This document shows positions 23,136 through 34,923 of a stretch of 64,000 nt of DNA, piece after piece. Source of the DNA: Camelus ferus (lineage: Eukaryota); the NCBI RefSeq assembly GCF_009834535.1, contig NC_045696.1, positions 3,350,001 through 3,414,000 of the forward strand. The letters run 5' to 3'. Each line of letters begins with the position of its first letter. The stretch's first letter is position 1. The notes below the pieces were generated by a model. It was given only the letters and a program-made list of their open reading frames with translations. It did not search any database and was not told the DNA's origin. The position numbers and the translations under genes were made by a program.

Positions 23136-25679
23136 CTGTGAGTTGATATAAATCACAAGCATTTTGGCCAACCTTCAAATCTGCTCGCCACAACAGCCTG
23201 GGTCCTGACTAATTGGCCAGGGCCATCCCAGCAGCCACAGGGAAGGCTGTCTGTGACCCTGGACCCCAGAGGAGAGACAAAAGCAAAGCTAGCAAGCCCC
23301 TCCCTCGGGACCAGAGGACCCTGAAGGCAGGACTCTCAGGTGTCTGGGGATCTGCAGTGGGTACTCCTCACCTAATCTGCTGCAAACCCCCACACACAGT
23401 CACCACCAAACATGGAAGGTGTTTGTCACAGTCAGGATCTGGGTGATGACAAGAAAGCCGGAGCAGGTTGTGCGAGGTGACCCAGAGCACGGAACACAGA
23501 AGCATCATCCATGTCTGGAACCCATGAGAACCAGCCTTGACCACTGTGCATCTAAGAAAATTCCATCAGGCTGCACACGGTCCTCTTCCAACAAGGCTGA
23601 AGGGATGACAGCCGGGGAACAGCAGTGTGGCTCAGCGTCAGCCTCCCTGTCTCCTGGGCGTGTTCTTTAAGTCACGCCGAGCCCAGAATAAAAACATGCT
23701 CTTGTTATCAGGACATTGACTTCCAAAGGCAAACTTTTTGCCTTTTGAAATCATAGAAATCTCCACGTAAAGACTTGAATATTAGACTCTCTTTGCAAAA
23801 TCCTGATGGAGCCCCGAGGAAAGGATTTTTCAGTTCCGCTCCCTCCCCAGGTTCTGGCACCACCAGGGCTGAAGGATTCCCGGCTCGCGGCACGTGGTAC
23901 TATCAGCAGCATGGCGGCACCGAGCCAGGCCCACGGGGGACACGCTGCAGCCGGAGCTCTGGCAGTCCCCACAGGGTGTGCCAGGACTTTTTCAGGCTTA
24001 TTGCTGAGCACTGAGAATGCTTTTTCCCATAGACACAGGGGTTAGGTTCCCAGGCCAGCCCATAAAAGCCTGTTTTTGTTTCATTTGTAGATAAGCTGCA
24101 TTACTGCAATTCTTCACGGCACTAAATTGTGGAACGCTCGGTAGAGAGGGCCCTACAATTCTGTGCTTGGTGGGAAATGTCCCCAGTCCAGCCTCAGACT
24201 CCAGGAGGCAGGGTACCAGCTTCTTCCCTCTGCAAAAGATCAGTGTTCAGTGATGCGGGTCCCTACCAGGGCACCTACCTGGTCCAGGTGGGGGTCAGTG
24301 AATGGGTCACTGTGGTCGGCATTACCCAGAGGGTGGTCCAGGGCTGTGGTGGCAACCCCAGGGCCAGAGAGGAAAATCGAGCTGAGCTGAGCCCCAGGCT
24401 GAGGCAGCCTTTTGTACGTTAAGGATATCAGCCAGCCCAGCAATCTCTGAAAGGGGAAGCTTGCATGTTGTGCTAAATTTCTGATCTCCCACACAAGCAA
24501 GGGTGGATGAAGTGAGCCCAGCCAGAGCTCCCTGTCAAGATAAAGGATTTAGCCCAGAGGAGAGCAGGTAGGGTTCATCCCACAGGCTGAGTGGATCCAT
24601 CAGTAAGGCTGTCATTGCCTTAATCCTCATTATACCAAGTCCAGGCTCAGCAGGACCTGGTTCTGTGATCGACTAGTGATGTCTGCCAAGGGAAGAGGTG
24701 GGGGCAGTCAGCTGAGTGCACTACACCCTGGTTGGGAAAGTCAGCACCTGCTGTACTTTCAGAATTCCCCAGGGAAAGGTGTGCTCTTATATACTAGCAG
24801 ACCCTTGGATCTTTTTCCAAAGTCCATCATAGAAACATTACTTGTCAAAGACTGTACAATTCTGTACATAAATCGTAAACTGTTCTACACCAAATGATGT
24901 GCGTGCAATGAACAGAAAAAGAAAGTGGTCATGTTCTGGGGGAAAGGTGTTGCTTTTTGGTGCATAAAATTAACTTTCACCTGGATAGTTGAAATCACTA
25001 CTGTTGAAAAAGTATGTTTCTAACTTCAGTATCCAGAAAACTTCAACAATGCAGTGTGTTTGCCATGTTTGCAGCCACTATACATTCACCTGGATTTTTA
25101 CTGTAATGGTATCTCATTGTACTTTGTGCCCCTGCAAGTTTGTATATTAATATATTTGGGGAGGTAAAATACTATTTTATTGATTGTTTTGCAACACGAT
25201 CTAAGCGATGCTTTATCTCTAAAATGCTGAAGTTTCATCATTACCACTTCAAAATGCTTTCCACGGGCAAGTGCCCCTCAAGTGCAAGTTTCCAGGTGGG
25301 CTCGGGGACTTCTCCTGACGTGGTGTTTCTCATGTTCAGGCGTGTACAAGCCTCGGCGGGAGCCTGGCAGGAGGCCTAGGAGAGTGGAGGGGATTTCAGT
25401 GTTCAAGACGCTCCACTGGAAGAGTTTGCTGCAGCACAGCCCAGGGACCGTGGACCTAGAAGCACTCACGGAACCGCGACCAGCCCTTCCAGCAGAGCCG
25501 CGTGTGCGGGGCGGGGAACTGCAGGTGGGAAAGCCGGCTCGCGCCCTGACCCCTGCAGAGGTCAGCTTTCCACTGAAATCCGCTGTAAATTTTTGGTGCT
25601 TTTTAAATAAAAAAGATATCTTTTTATTAATATAAGTGAGTGCAACCCACATGAAGTAATCACATTTAGGACACCTTTC

Positions 25680-25750
25680 TGAATGAATGAGTGAAAGATA
25701 GATAAATAGACAGACAGACAGATAGATACATAGATCATGGACAGATAACT
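25680..25750. repeat. Degenerate (GATA/GACA)n tetranucleotide repeat
   Basis: GATAGATAAATAGACAGACAGACAGATAGATACATAGAT. Confidence 0.75.
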
Positions 25751-26629
25751 AGTTGGTAGAGCCAAATACCGTAGTTGGACGATAAAACAGATTTTAAATG
25801 AGCCAACACCCAGCCGGGACCCCTTTGCCATCTTGATCTGCCTTCCGCCCTGAGGCCTGGATTCCAGGCTGAGGACAAAGCTCTTCCTGGTGGAGGTTTG
25901 CTCCGTGTTCCAGAGCCAGCTCCCTAAGGACCGGCTGCCCTGCTCCTCCACGCTGCCTGGTTTCAGGGCCTCAGCTGCGAGATCCGATCACAGAAAATAC
26001 CCTGGTTTCTCGTTTCGGCTTTCTTGTTGCCAGGGCTCCTGGCAGCCCCTCTCCACCCGAGGGGAGGAGGCGGATGGTCAGGCCCCTGCGCCTCTAACAG
26101 CCTGGTGGCCTCAGGCTGCTGATGGCTGGGCTGCTTGCCCTCTGGGGTGTTGTCCCCACGCACTGATCCCTGGTAGAGCTGTTGCAGGTCCAGCAGACTT
26201 AACAGTTCTCGCACTGAAGGTGGGGGAGGGGGGCACCTGGGCACCAGCTCCCTCCATCCTTTCGCCCTGTCACTGGCCTGCGGAGTTAAGTAAAATATAA
26301 ACATTCCAACATAGACTTCTGATCAGCTGGCTCGTTTATACCCCTAATCTGCTTGTTACACTAGATTTTGGTGTTTCACACTTTCTCCCAAGTAGAAGAT
26401 GTTTGCAGAGGTTTCATTATTGTGAAAAATAATTGCCTTTTACCAAGGGCTTTACGCATACCTGGCACCTTCCTGGGCTGTTCCCGCATGCTTCCTGCGT
26501 TTCACTCCTTAGGATACCCTAGCTGGGGGGTATTATTCAGGGGGAACCACTGTCAAGCTTTCCCAGGACTCGGGGAGGAGGGGAGAGGAGCTCCTGGGAC
26601 AGGAGACTTTCCGTGCTGAAACCAGCATG

Positions 26630-26775
26630 AACTGATCACCCCCTTTTAGCCCCATTTTACCAACGAGGCAGCCGAGGCTCAGAGGTGTCCAAAGCTTGTC
26701 CAGGGCACGCGGCGAGTGGGGCAGCTGGATCCTGGTCCCGTTGGTTCCAAGGCCAGGGCTCCTGACCACCCACCA
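26630..26775 (-). mobile_element. MIR
   Basis: CCCCATTTTACCAACGAGGCAGCCGAGGCTCAGAGGTGTCCAAAGCTTGTCCAGGGCAC. Confidence 0.75.
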
Positions 26776-27249
26776 CAGGCTGCCTCCTGCATGTTCTTAT
26801 TTATTCAGAACCATCAAAACATCTTTCGTAATGATCTAAACTCAAACTGGCAGCACCGAGAATGTCTGTTCCCAAGCCTTACATTAATCCTGAAGACGTA
26901 GGAGCAGGAAGTGGGATAGACTTGCCGGACGTAGGCTGCGCGGGGCAGCCCCACCCCCAAGGACACCCCCCCTCACCCTGGCACGTCTCCCATCCGTGCA
27001 GACCGTCCTTGTCCCATTCAAGCCCCGGCCCCTCCCTCTGACCCCTGGCACTGTCCCCACGCTAGGGGCTGTCCTGCTCAGCCCACCTAAGGACTTTAGG
27101 ACTAAATTTTTCAGAAAGGATGAGAGAAAGATCTCTTTTGCAAATAAGACACATTATACATGCTTATTATGACAAAAATAAAGATGTGTGAAACAAATGC
27201 TTACAGCCTTCTTTATCTGTGTCATACATACAAGACACCAGTGTAAAAT

Positions 27250-27505
27250 GCTGGGGGCGCATCTGCTGAGCACTGACCTGTGTCCCCACCCCCAGATTCC
27301 TATATTGAAGCCCTGACCCCCACTGTGACGGTGTTTGGAGGAGAGGACGGCCACCTGTGACCCGAAACAGGGCTCTCACCAGAGCCCGACCATGCGAGTG
27401 CCCAGACCTTGGACTTCCAGCTTCCAGAGCTGCGAGAAAGAAATTTCTGTGGTTTATGAGCCCCTCAGTCTGTGGTGTCTCACAGCAGCCTGAGCAGACC
27501 GAGAC
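27250..27505 (+). mobile_element. MaLR LTR (MLT1A-like), internally deleted
   Basis: TGTGTCCCC...ATATTGAAGCCCTGACCCCCA...GGACTTCCAGCTTCCAGAGCTGCGAGAAAGAAATTTCTG...GCAGCCTGAGCAGACCGAGACA. Confidence 0.8.
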
Positions 27506-28839
27506 AGCATCTCCCACAGCTTCCTCTTTAGTCGTAAAGCGGGCAACTGCGTGTGCGCGTGTGTCTGCGATTTCTGTGAGGTGTTGCTTTCTTCTGGCAG
27601 ATGTGGAATTAGACCAGCCACCTTCCTTTGCTCCTCACACGGAAGTGTTCCGCGGCGGTAGATGGATGTCCAGCAAGTATTTTATCGGCCACAGAGCTGC
27701 CCACTGACTTGTAAACACCATCAGCCTTTCCCTGATGTGTGAACGTGGCGTTTGCTGCTAATTTTTTTCATTTTTTTTTCTTTCTTTCTTTTTTTTTTTT
27801 TTTTTTTGCGAATGAAAGCAACCCTCGCTACCTTTTTTCCTCTGTGATTTCTCAGTTGATCTAAACGCCACCTCGTCCCAGCTTCATTCTGAGAACTGTC
27901 GATAACGTTCCGCTCTCCCTCTGTGAGCCGTGATCTGTCCTTATCTTTGTTTCTAAGAAATTGGCAAGCAATTTTTCTTTTGCATCTTTTTCTCCAGTTT
28001 TTCCTCTAATGTTTGAGATGGAGTTTTTTGCTTTGTTTTGTTTCAGAAGGACTGCTTTGTCCATTTATTCACTTAAGATGGTGAGACACTCACCTTCCAA
28101 TAGGAGAGTCGTCACCTACATCGCTAAGCTCCTATTCCGACCAAAACGAGGCAGATGTGAGGGCTGAGTGGGGTCTCATTAACCTGGAAAACCAGAACGC
28201 TACAGCCTCAGGCACTGGTGCGCTGGAAATGGCCGACAGCTGGCAGTCAGCAGGGGTCCGGGGGAAGGGGGGAGACCGCTGACTCGCAGAGTTTGCCAGT
28301 CTCCAAGGTGTAAGTGCTCCCACCAGGGCCAGCTTCAAGCTCCCAACACGACTCTGCTGACCACAGCGTCAGGCAGAGACCGTCATGGAGTCTTCCCAGC
28401 CCACGGCTACAGCCTCGGGAACCCCAGCAAGGGTAAAGCATGCTCAAATAACTAGGGAGTGCTGTGGTTTGAGGCTTTATTACCCTTGGTTTTAAACTTT
28501 TTTAATTTTGAAGAATGACTTGTGTAGCCATGGGTCCTTGTGGGCTGGAAGAAGCCACGCAGGCTCACCTTGGACAGGGGTCGCCAAGAGCTCCCTCAGC
28601 TGCCCCGTCTCCGCCTCCTCCTGCCACCAGCCAAACACACATCACATGCACGGGAGGCTCACCGAGCCATGAGACCGACTGCCCAAGGGATTCTTCACCT
28701 CTGGGCAAAGGCATTGCTTATGGTTTTAAAACACTTTCCCCCACCTTCTAACCACTGAGGTTTAAAAAAAAAGTCAGGTCTAGTTTTCCAGTAGGTCCCT
28801 GGTGTCTGAACTGAAGGAGCTCCTCACTGCTTTTCTGCA

Positions 28840-28853
28840 TAGACACACACACT

Positions 28854-28884
<31 letters not shown>

Positions 28885-28905
28885 ACACACAGACACACAC
28901 ACACT
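28840..28905. repeat. Interrupted (CA)n microsatellite
   Basis: Long CA run with GA/CT interruptions. Confidence 0.9.
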
Positions 28906-29279
28906 TTTACCTTTTCCAAAACAAAACAAAACCAAAAAATATGGCTTTGAATAGTTTATTTGCCTAAATAAACCCAAAGGACAAATGATTAGCCAACAAA
29001 ACCAACAGTGGAACATGAATTCACTTCAAATAAAATTTATTTTATCAGATAGTCTGGCAGAAATTAATGAAAAAAATCACTTAAATTGTTTAAAAAGAAA
29101 AAATGACCTGACAGACAAACAAAACATGTGTCTATAAAAGAGCCACTTGAAACTCTTGGAAATGAAGGACAGAATTAATGAAATAAAAATTAGAACACTT
29201 TGTATCTGGCAGGTCAGTATAGATAACGGTAAGAATTACTGAGTTACAAATCAGTTGATTTGTTGATTGAATGAAATAC

Positions 29280-29333
29280 TGAATAGATAGACAGACAGAC
29301 AGACAGACAGACTGATTGACTGATTGATTGATT
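29280..29333. repeat. Compound (GACA)n(GATT)n repeat
   Basis: Visible tetranucleotide arrays. Confidence 0.85.
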
Positions 29334-29699
29334 CTTGGGAAAAAAATTTCCAGAATAGAAAAACCAATAGTCAGCCTAACTGTTTAAAAAGGGCCGAAAA
29401 TAAAAACAGGTATGTTGATGGTTCGTTGATGGTTCTTAAAGCTGAGTGCGTGTCAGGTTGTCCTGTGAGTGAACCGCAGCCTGGGGACTGACACTCTCCA
29501 TTTACTGTTCATGATTTTGCCTTAAATGTTATTTCGTCTGATGCTAGTATGTATTCTTTGGTCAATATGTTCCCGTTATTCTTCTCTCTCTGTCTCTGTC
29601 TTTGTCTTTCTCTTTGAAGAAACAGACAGACAGACACTTCTTAAAGCTGCATGGAGGGCACGGCGGCTTGTTACGCTGCTCTCTCCACTTTCATGCTGA

Positions 29700-29900
29700 G
29701 GGGCAAGGGACTAAGAGGTACAAACTACCGTGTATAAAACACACACGCTACAAGGATGTATACTGTACGGCACTGGGAATATAGCCGAGATTTTATAATA
29801 ACTATAAATAGAGTATAACCTTTAAAAGCTGTGAATCACCACGTTATACACCTGAAACTTATATAATTTTCTGCATTGATACCTCAAAAAAATTTTTTTA
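29700..29900 (+). mobile_element. L1 3'UTR fragment (artiodactyl/laurasiatherian type)
   Basis: GAGGTACAAACTAC...TACAAGGATGTATACTGTAC...GGGAATATAGCC...TATACACCTGAAACTTATATAAT. Confidence 0.8.
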
Positions 29901-29904
29901 ACTC

Positions 29905-31450
29905 ACAGCTTATGTTAGAAAAAATGAGAGGCTAAAATAATAAAAAAAATATTTCCAACATAAGAGGTTAGAAAAAGAACAAGCAAATAAGCACAAGGGA
30001 AACAGAGGGAAGAAACTAATAAATGTGTAACAGACATTAATTAACCAGAAGACCACGGCACCGGACGCCTCGCACACAGCTCAGCTCAGCCCAGCCTCCG
30101 TCTGACGCCAGCCACGGCCTCAGCTTCGGGGCGACGACCCTCACCGCAGCCCCTCCCAGCCCCCCATCTGTCACGTCTTCTCTGATGCCAGCAGGACCCC
30201 ACCCAGCACTCAGCCCAGAGCAGCCCCGTGTGTGGGACACAGGCGTTCCTAGTCCTTCATTTCTTGGCCAGAAAAGTCTGGGAGAATTCTACACTGTCTA
30301 ATAGATCCAGACAGGTTGAAGCCTGAGTGCCCACAGCAATGGCCAGCGGTGGGCATCCAAGAACCAGAGTGTGCTTTCCTCCAAGCGCATGTGGAACCAG
30401 GTTAGTGAGCAATAAGTGAAGGGTTGTTTCTTTAAGTTTCAAAAAAATTTTTTCAACTGTCATCATCCAGAACACACTCTGAGACTTCAGTGCAATAAAA
30501 CTACCAACCGAAAATACAAACACTTCAAAAATGTTGACAAAAGGTAAATGCTCTCCTCCTTGACTCTTGAGTTAGGCAGTTATAACAGAAGTGCCAAGCC
30601 GCGGGCCCTGGTGGCCTGGGTGGCCCCGGTGGCGTGGGCGGTCCTGGCAGCGTGGGCGGCATGGGCGGTGCGGGCGGCCAGCCAGAACAGGGTGCATGAG
30701 GGCCCAGCCATCCCCGCAGCAAATTGACAAAGTGAGTTCTTCATAAAAACTCATAAAACAGAAAACCAATAGCCAGAATGCTATAGAAGAGGTAGTTAAA
30801 TTCAGATTTAAATTTAAATTTAGATTCATAGATTGAATCGGTGGTTTTATTTTCCAACCTTCCAAGGTATCCCAGACAGCTTTTCAGGTGAAATTTATCA
30901 AATGTTCAAGTATTTCAGATGAATGTTTTTCAAATATTCAAGAAATAGTTCATCATCTTATACAAAATGTTTCAGACAATAGAAAAAGAAGGGCTACCAT
31001 ACAGTTTATTTTAAGATCTCAATGTAAGTTCTATAGTAAGATTGTTCTAGGAAACTACATATGTGCAAACCAACCAAAGGACCACGTGGACTAGCTAAAG
31101 AAATCCTACAAACTAACGGGGAAAAAAAACCCCAAACAATCTAACATTTAAAATGTGCAAAGTAGGTGAACAAGAAATTCACAGAAGACACTCAAGCATC
31201 CAATAAGCACATGAAAAGATGCTCAGGTTTGTCCATCAACATGAGCTAGAAAGTGAAGCAATGAAATTCCACTGCACACTCACCAGAATGACAAACGTTC
31301 TGAGTCCACAGGTGACAGCTGTCCCCAAGCATGTGGAGAAACGGGTTTCCTAGCCCACGTTCATGAGGTACAAAACAGTACAACCACCTTGCAGGGCCAT
31401 TTGGCAGCATTCAGTGAATTTGAAGACTCCTATGCTCTACAACATGGCCC
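29905..31450 (+). mobile_element. Highly degraded ancient L1 ORF2 fragments with GC-rich interruptions
   Basis: TTAGAAAAAGAACAAGCAAATAAGCACAAGG; CCAAGGTATCCCAGACAGCTTTTCAGGTGAAATTTATCAAATGTTCAAG; CAATAAGCACATGAAAAGATGCTCA. Confidence 0.7.
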
Positions 31451-33232
31451 TTTTAAGCTAAACCATTCTACTACCCAGTTTTTTGTTTGTTTGTTTGTTT
31501 TTTGTTTTGGAACAAGGCTTTAGTTGTAAAGGAAACAAGCCAGGCCGTCCAGGTACATGGCCAGCACGGGGCAGTGCAGGGCTTCGTCTGTCAGGCCACC
31601 TGCCTCTCAGCTAAGGGGCTCGTCCTGTGCGGTGATCAATCTCTAACAGCACTTGGACATTTTCATAGCCTTATTGTTTTTTTTTATTCTATACATGTCC
31701 CATAACTTAGAAAGAAAAAAAACACAACACTTGCAGTGTTTAATCCAAATAGAAGATCTAATCACCAAATGCCATCTTCTTGAGTGTGTCAGTGTAAAAG
31801 ATGTCAAAATTGCAAGTAGAGAAAAACAAAAAAAGCAGTGGGTGTATTTTTAGCTTTAATGCTAACACGGAGCATCGAATGCAATCATGTGGAAATGTTT
31901 CCAAGAACATTTTAACTGCTTAAAAATGGCCTGCTTTCTAAAAGGAAACCCAGGCTATTTTGCTGGAGGAAATCCATGTTTCTAAGAAGCTGAATTGGCG
32001 TTTGGGTGAACGGCGTCACATGAGGGACCGTTTTTAGGAATTGTTCTTCCCGACCCTGCATGTTACAGGCTGTGCCCCTGCGAGTCAGGCTTCTCGGCTG
32101 GAAGGAGCCCGGAGAGCTCTCAGCTGTGCTCGCTGTCTTACAGAAGAGCATCATATAGCATCTCTCCTGTTTCACTGTGAATTCTTGGGGAGACTTTGGA
32201 GTGTCTCCCCAGCTACCTGGTTATCTTTCTCCACTTTGGGGGAGACAGTGTCTCTGGAGGAAGGCGCCAGGAACCCTGAGCTCTTCTAGAGATTCTGATG
32301 CCTCACTGTTATCGGGTTTTGTAAGTTCAGATGTTGAACCTTAAAAGTAGGCACGACTTTGAGGTTCCAGGAAAAAAACATGAAAGTAGTTCCACTGGTC
32401 CCCTCTGCCTGTGTGGCCCTGGGCTGAGAAGATGTGAAAGCAGGCTGCTGGGTGGGGCACCGTGGGCTGTGATCTGTTAGGGTGACGTGCGGAGCCGGGA
32501 GAGAGAACACGGGAAGGAAAAGACACATTAGTAAATGAGGACCTGGGTCTTGAGTTCATTTAAAAGCACTGATTGAGCACCGGCTCTGATGAAAGTTGCC
32601 ACTTGAGGCAGACACTGTGAGGGCTACAGCTGGGGAATACTTGGTCCCCAGCCTGGAGTTTTACAAGCTCCTTCACAGTTAAGTTCTACAAATGCATGTG
32701 ACAGGCACGTGAACACACACACATGTGCCCACGTGCGTCCAAAACACAACAAAACTTGAACCAGTGTTCGATCGTCAATGTTTGTAGGAGCCCAGAGGAG
32801 AAAGTACTGTCTGTGAGGTGGAGCAGTGGGTTGGTTCCAGAAAGAAGAGGGAGTGTGTCCGGTGTGTATTGGAGGTAAATGCACAGGACTTAGGCAGCCT
32901 CGTGTGCAGGGAGGCAGCCACGAGGTGGAATCACCGAATGACCAAGGACAGGGGCCCAAGCTCTGAAGACCTAAAGCGGTTCATCACAACTTCACGAAGC
33001 CAACTTCAAAACTGCAATTGAGGTCATTCTTATAAAAACGCATCAGATTCAAAATCTCTAAATTGCAGCAGAGAGAAAGCATGAGGAGCCGAGAAGCTCT
33101 GAGAAGCTGTGAGAGGGACCGGGGACAGTCATGAGGTCCCTGCAGCAGGCTGACGGCCCAGGAGGAGGGTGTGCAAACAAGGGCTTGACGGCTTTGGGGA
33201 CAACATATAGACGTTTTTAAGAACAGTGCCAG

Positions 33233-33732
33233 TGATGAAATAAAGTTTCCATTTTCAAGCAAGACAAGAAAAATTAAACATACGATTCTCTCCCTGTGCC
33301 TGTTTGGACCCCCTCTTCCCTCCCTCACGTGCACCTGCAAGACACACTAACCGGACCTCCTCAAAGGTGGGGGTGCCTGCTTGACCGTGAAGATCATTTT
33401 CCCCCCTTTCCTCTGACACAGGCAATGTACCTTCTTAAAAGAACAGCGCTCTTTCCCAGCTCTGCAGGGGGGCGTGGTGGCCTGCTGCTCGCTTTGTGCC
33501 TGCTCACCTGGACCGTGCATCCTGGGTGAACTTTATGTAAAATGTCACTATGTCATCTTGATGTACGATCCTTTGTTTCAGAAATGTACCTGACGGTGCC
33601 TTTGACTTCTAACAGGAGGAATGGCTCTCAGCGCTTCAGAGAATCTGCTTCCTGGGTTATAATCCTCAGTTAGGCTCAAATAAAATTCCCTTCTTTTTCC
33701 TAACTTGATAGCTACTTGAATTTCCATCAACA
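33233..33732 (+). mobile_element. ERV solo LTR (500 bp, ERV1-like)
   Basis: TG...CA ends; AATAAA at 33679-33684; clear similarity at both ends to the element at 57032-58826; TSD not evident. Confidence 0.75.
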
Positions 33733-33948
33733 CTGGGAAGAGCAGGAATATCCAGGCAGCTTCTGTTGCAGAAGCTTTTCTGGGAGGTTAAATTCAAACA
33801 GGCAAGGACAGCAGGCAGAAAAATATGTCATAAAGGCATCCAGAGGTAAAGCTCTCGACTTGGAGGTGTGGCTAAGTTTCTGAATTCTCAGAAATCAAGG
33901 TTAATTAAATACAGTGCAAGCGCTGGAAACAAGTACAGCAAACAAGCT

Positions 33949-34080
33949 GGAGGTTTAGCTCAAGTGGCGGAGCGCGTGCTCAGCATGCCTGAGGTCCTGT
34001 GTTCAGTCCCCCGTGCCTCCTCTAAAAGTAAGTACATAAACCTAGTTATCTACCCCTCAAAAAAACCCTAAAAACTAAAA
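33949..34080 (+). mobile_element. tRNA-Ala-derived SINE (Vic-1-like)
   Basis: GGAGGTTTAGCTCAAGTGGCGGAGCGCGTGCTCAGCATGCCTGAGGTCCTGTGTTCAGTCCCC head, followed by the ATAAACCTAGTTATC tail shared with the SINE at 11877 and an A-rich end. Confidence 0.85.
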
Positions 34081-34429
34081 GGAAAAGCTCTGTTAAAATA
34101 AGGGAGCAACATTATCTTTTAAAAATCACTATTGAAAAGAGAAGACAGCAGGAAAGGTTTTTATGTGAAACAAAATGTGTATTCACACGTTTATACTGGT
34201 GCTCAGCCTTGTTTCAGAAAAAACTGGGTGGCAGAACGGAGCTATCCGTGGGGACTTCAGGGACAAAGCAGGAAGTAGAACACAGGCCCGAGCTCTGGCG
34301 GGCTGTGCGTCCGGGAGCCTTCCTGCCTTCGGCAGTTTACCGACTCTGGGCCTGGAAGGGGTCCTTTACACCCAGCCTGGGGAGGGCTGACGCTCTGCGC
34401 CATGTGGTCCAGCTCTGAGCAAGCAGAGC

Positions 34430-34640
34430 CCCACCTCCCGGCCACAGCGATTGGCTGGGGCCTGCTCATGTGACTCGGTTGGGCCAATCAGAGTCCCTCC
34501 TGCGCCTCTGCCCCTGGCTCCAGGGGGAAAGCTGTGTGTGTGTGCCCTGGGGCTGGGCTGGGTCTCTGCCCCGACCTGGCCGTGAGACATGGCATCCTTA
34601 GCGCTCTCCTGGGGCCCCGGGGCGCACTGCCCAATCCGAT
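34430..34640. promoter_or_regulatory. Candidate orphan promoter (NF-Y / E-box module)
   Basis: GATTGGC 34449-34455, TCATGTGAC 34466-34474, GGCCAATCAG 34482-34491, another CCAAT near 34632, locally CpG-enriched. Confidence 0.4.
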
Positions 34641-34864
34641 GCCCCAGCAGACGTCCTGTCTTGCTTCTGCTAGTTTGGGGTGGTCGCAGCGCGGAGTCCT
34701 CGGTGATACAGCCTTTTATGATAATGGCTTTTAAAATGGCACTTTAAGGAAATTAGAGCTGATAATCACCCCCAAACAGGAACGGAACTGAGGACTGTTC
34801 TCCACTTCAGAGGGACAAGTAAGCCTTTGCGTTACACACTAGTTCCCCAACAGCCCCTCCTCTC

Positions 34865-34870
34865 GTGCGT

Positions 34871-34919
<49 letters not shown>
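34865..34919. repeat. Compound (TGCG)n(CG)n(CA)n microsatellite
   Basis: Alternating purine-pyrimidine tract of about 55 bp. Confidence 0.95.

Positions 34920-34923
<4 letters not shown>

Noticed and set aside
24560..24640. Possible match to a recalled human ABCG1 N-terminus MIMRLPQPHGT (ATAATGAGG on the minus strand)
   Set aside because: Only three codons match; indistinguishable from chance
33949..34021. tRNA-Ala gene
   Set aside because: Mismatched stems and a degenerate B box, followed by the same tail as the SINE at 11877; it is a SINE head
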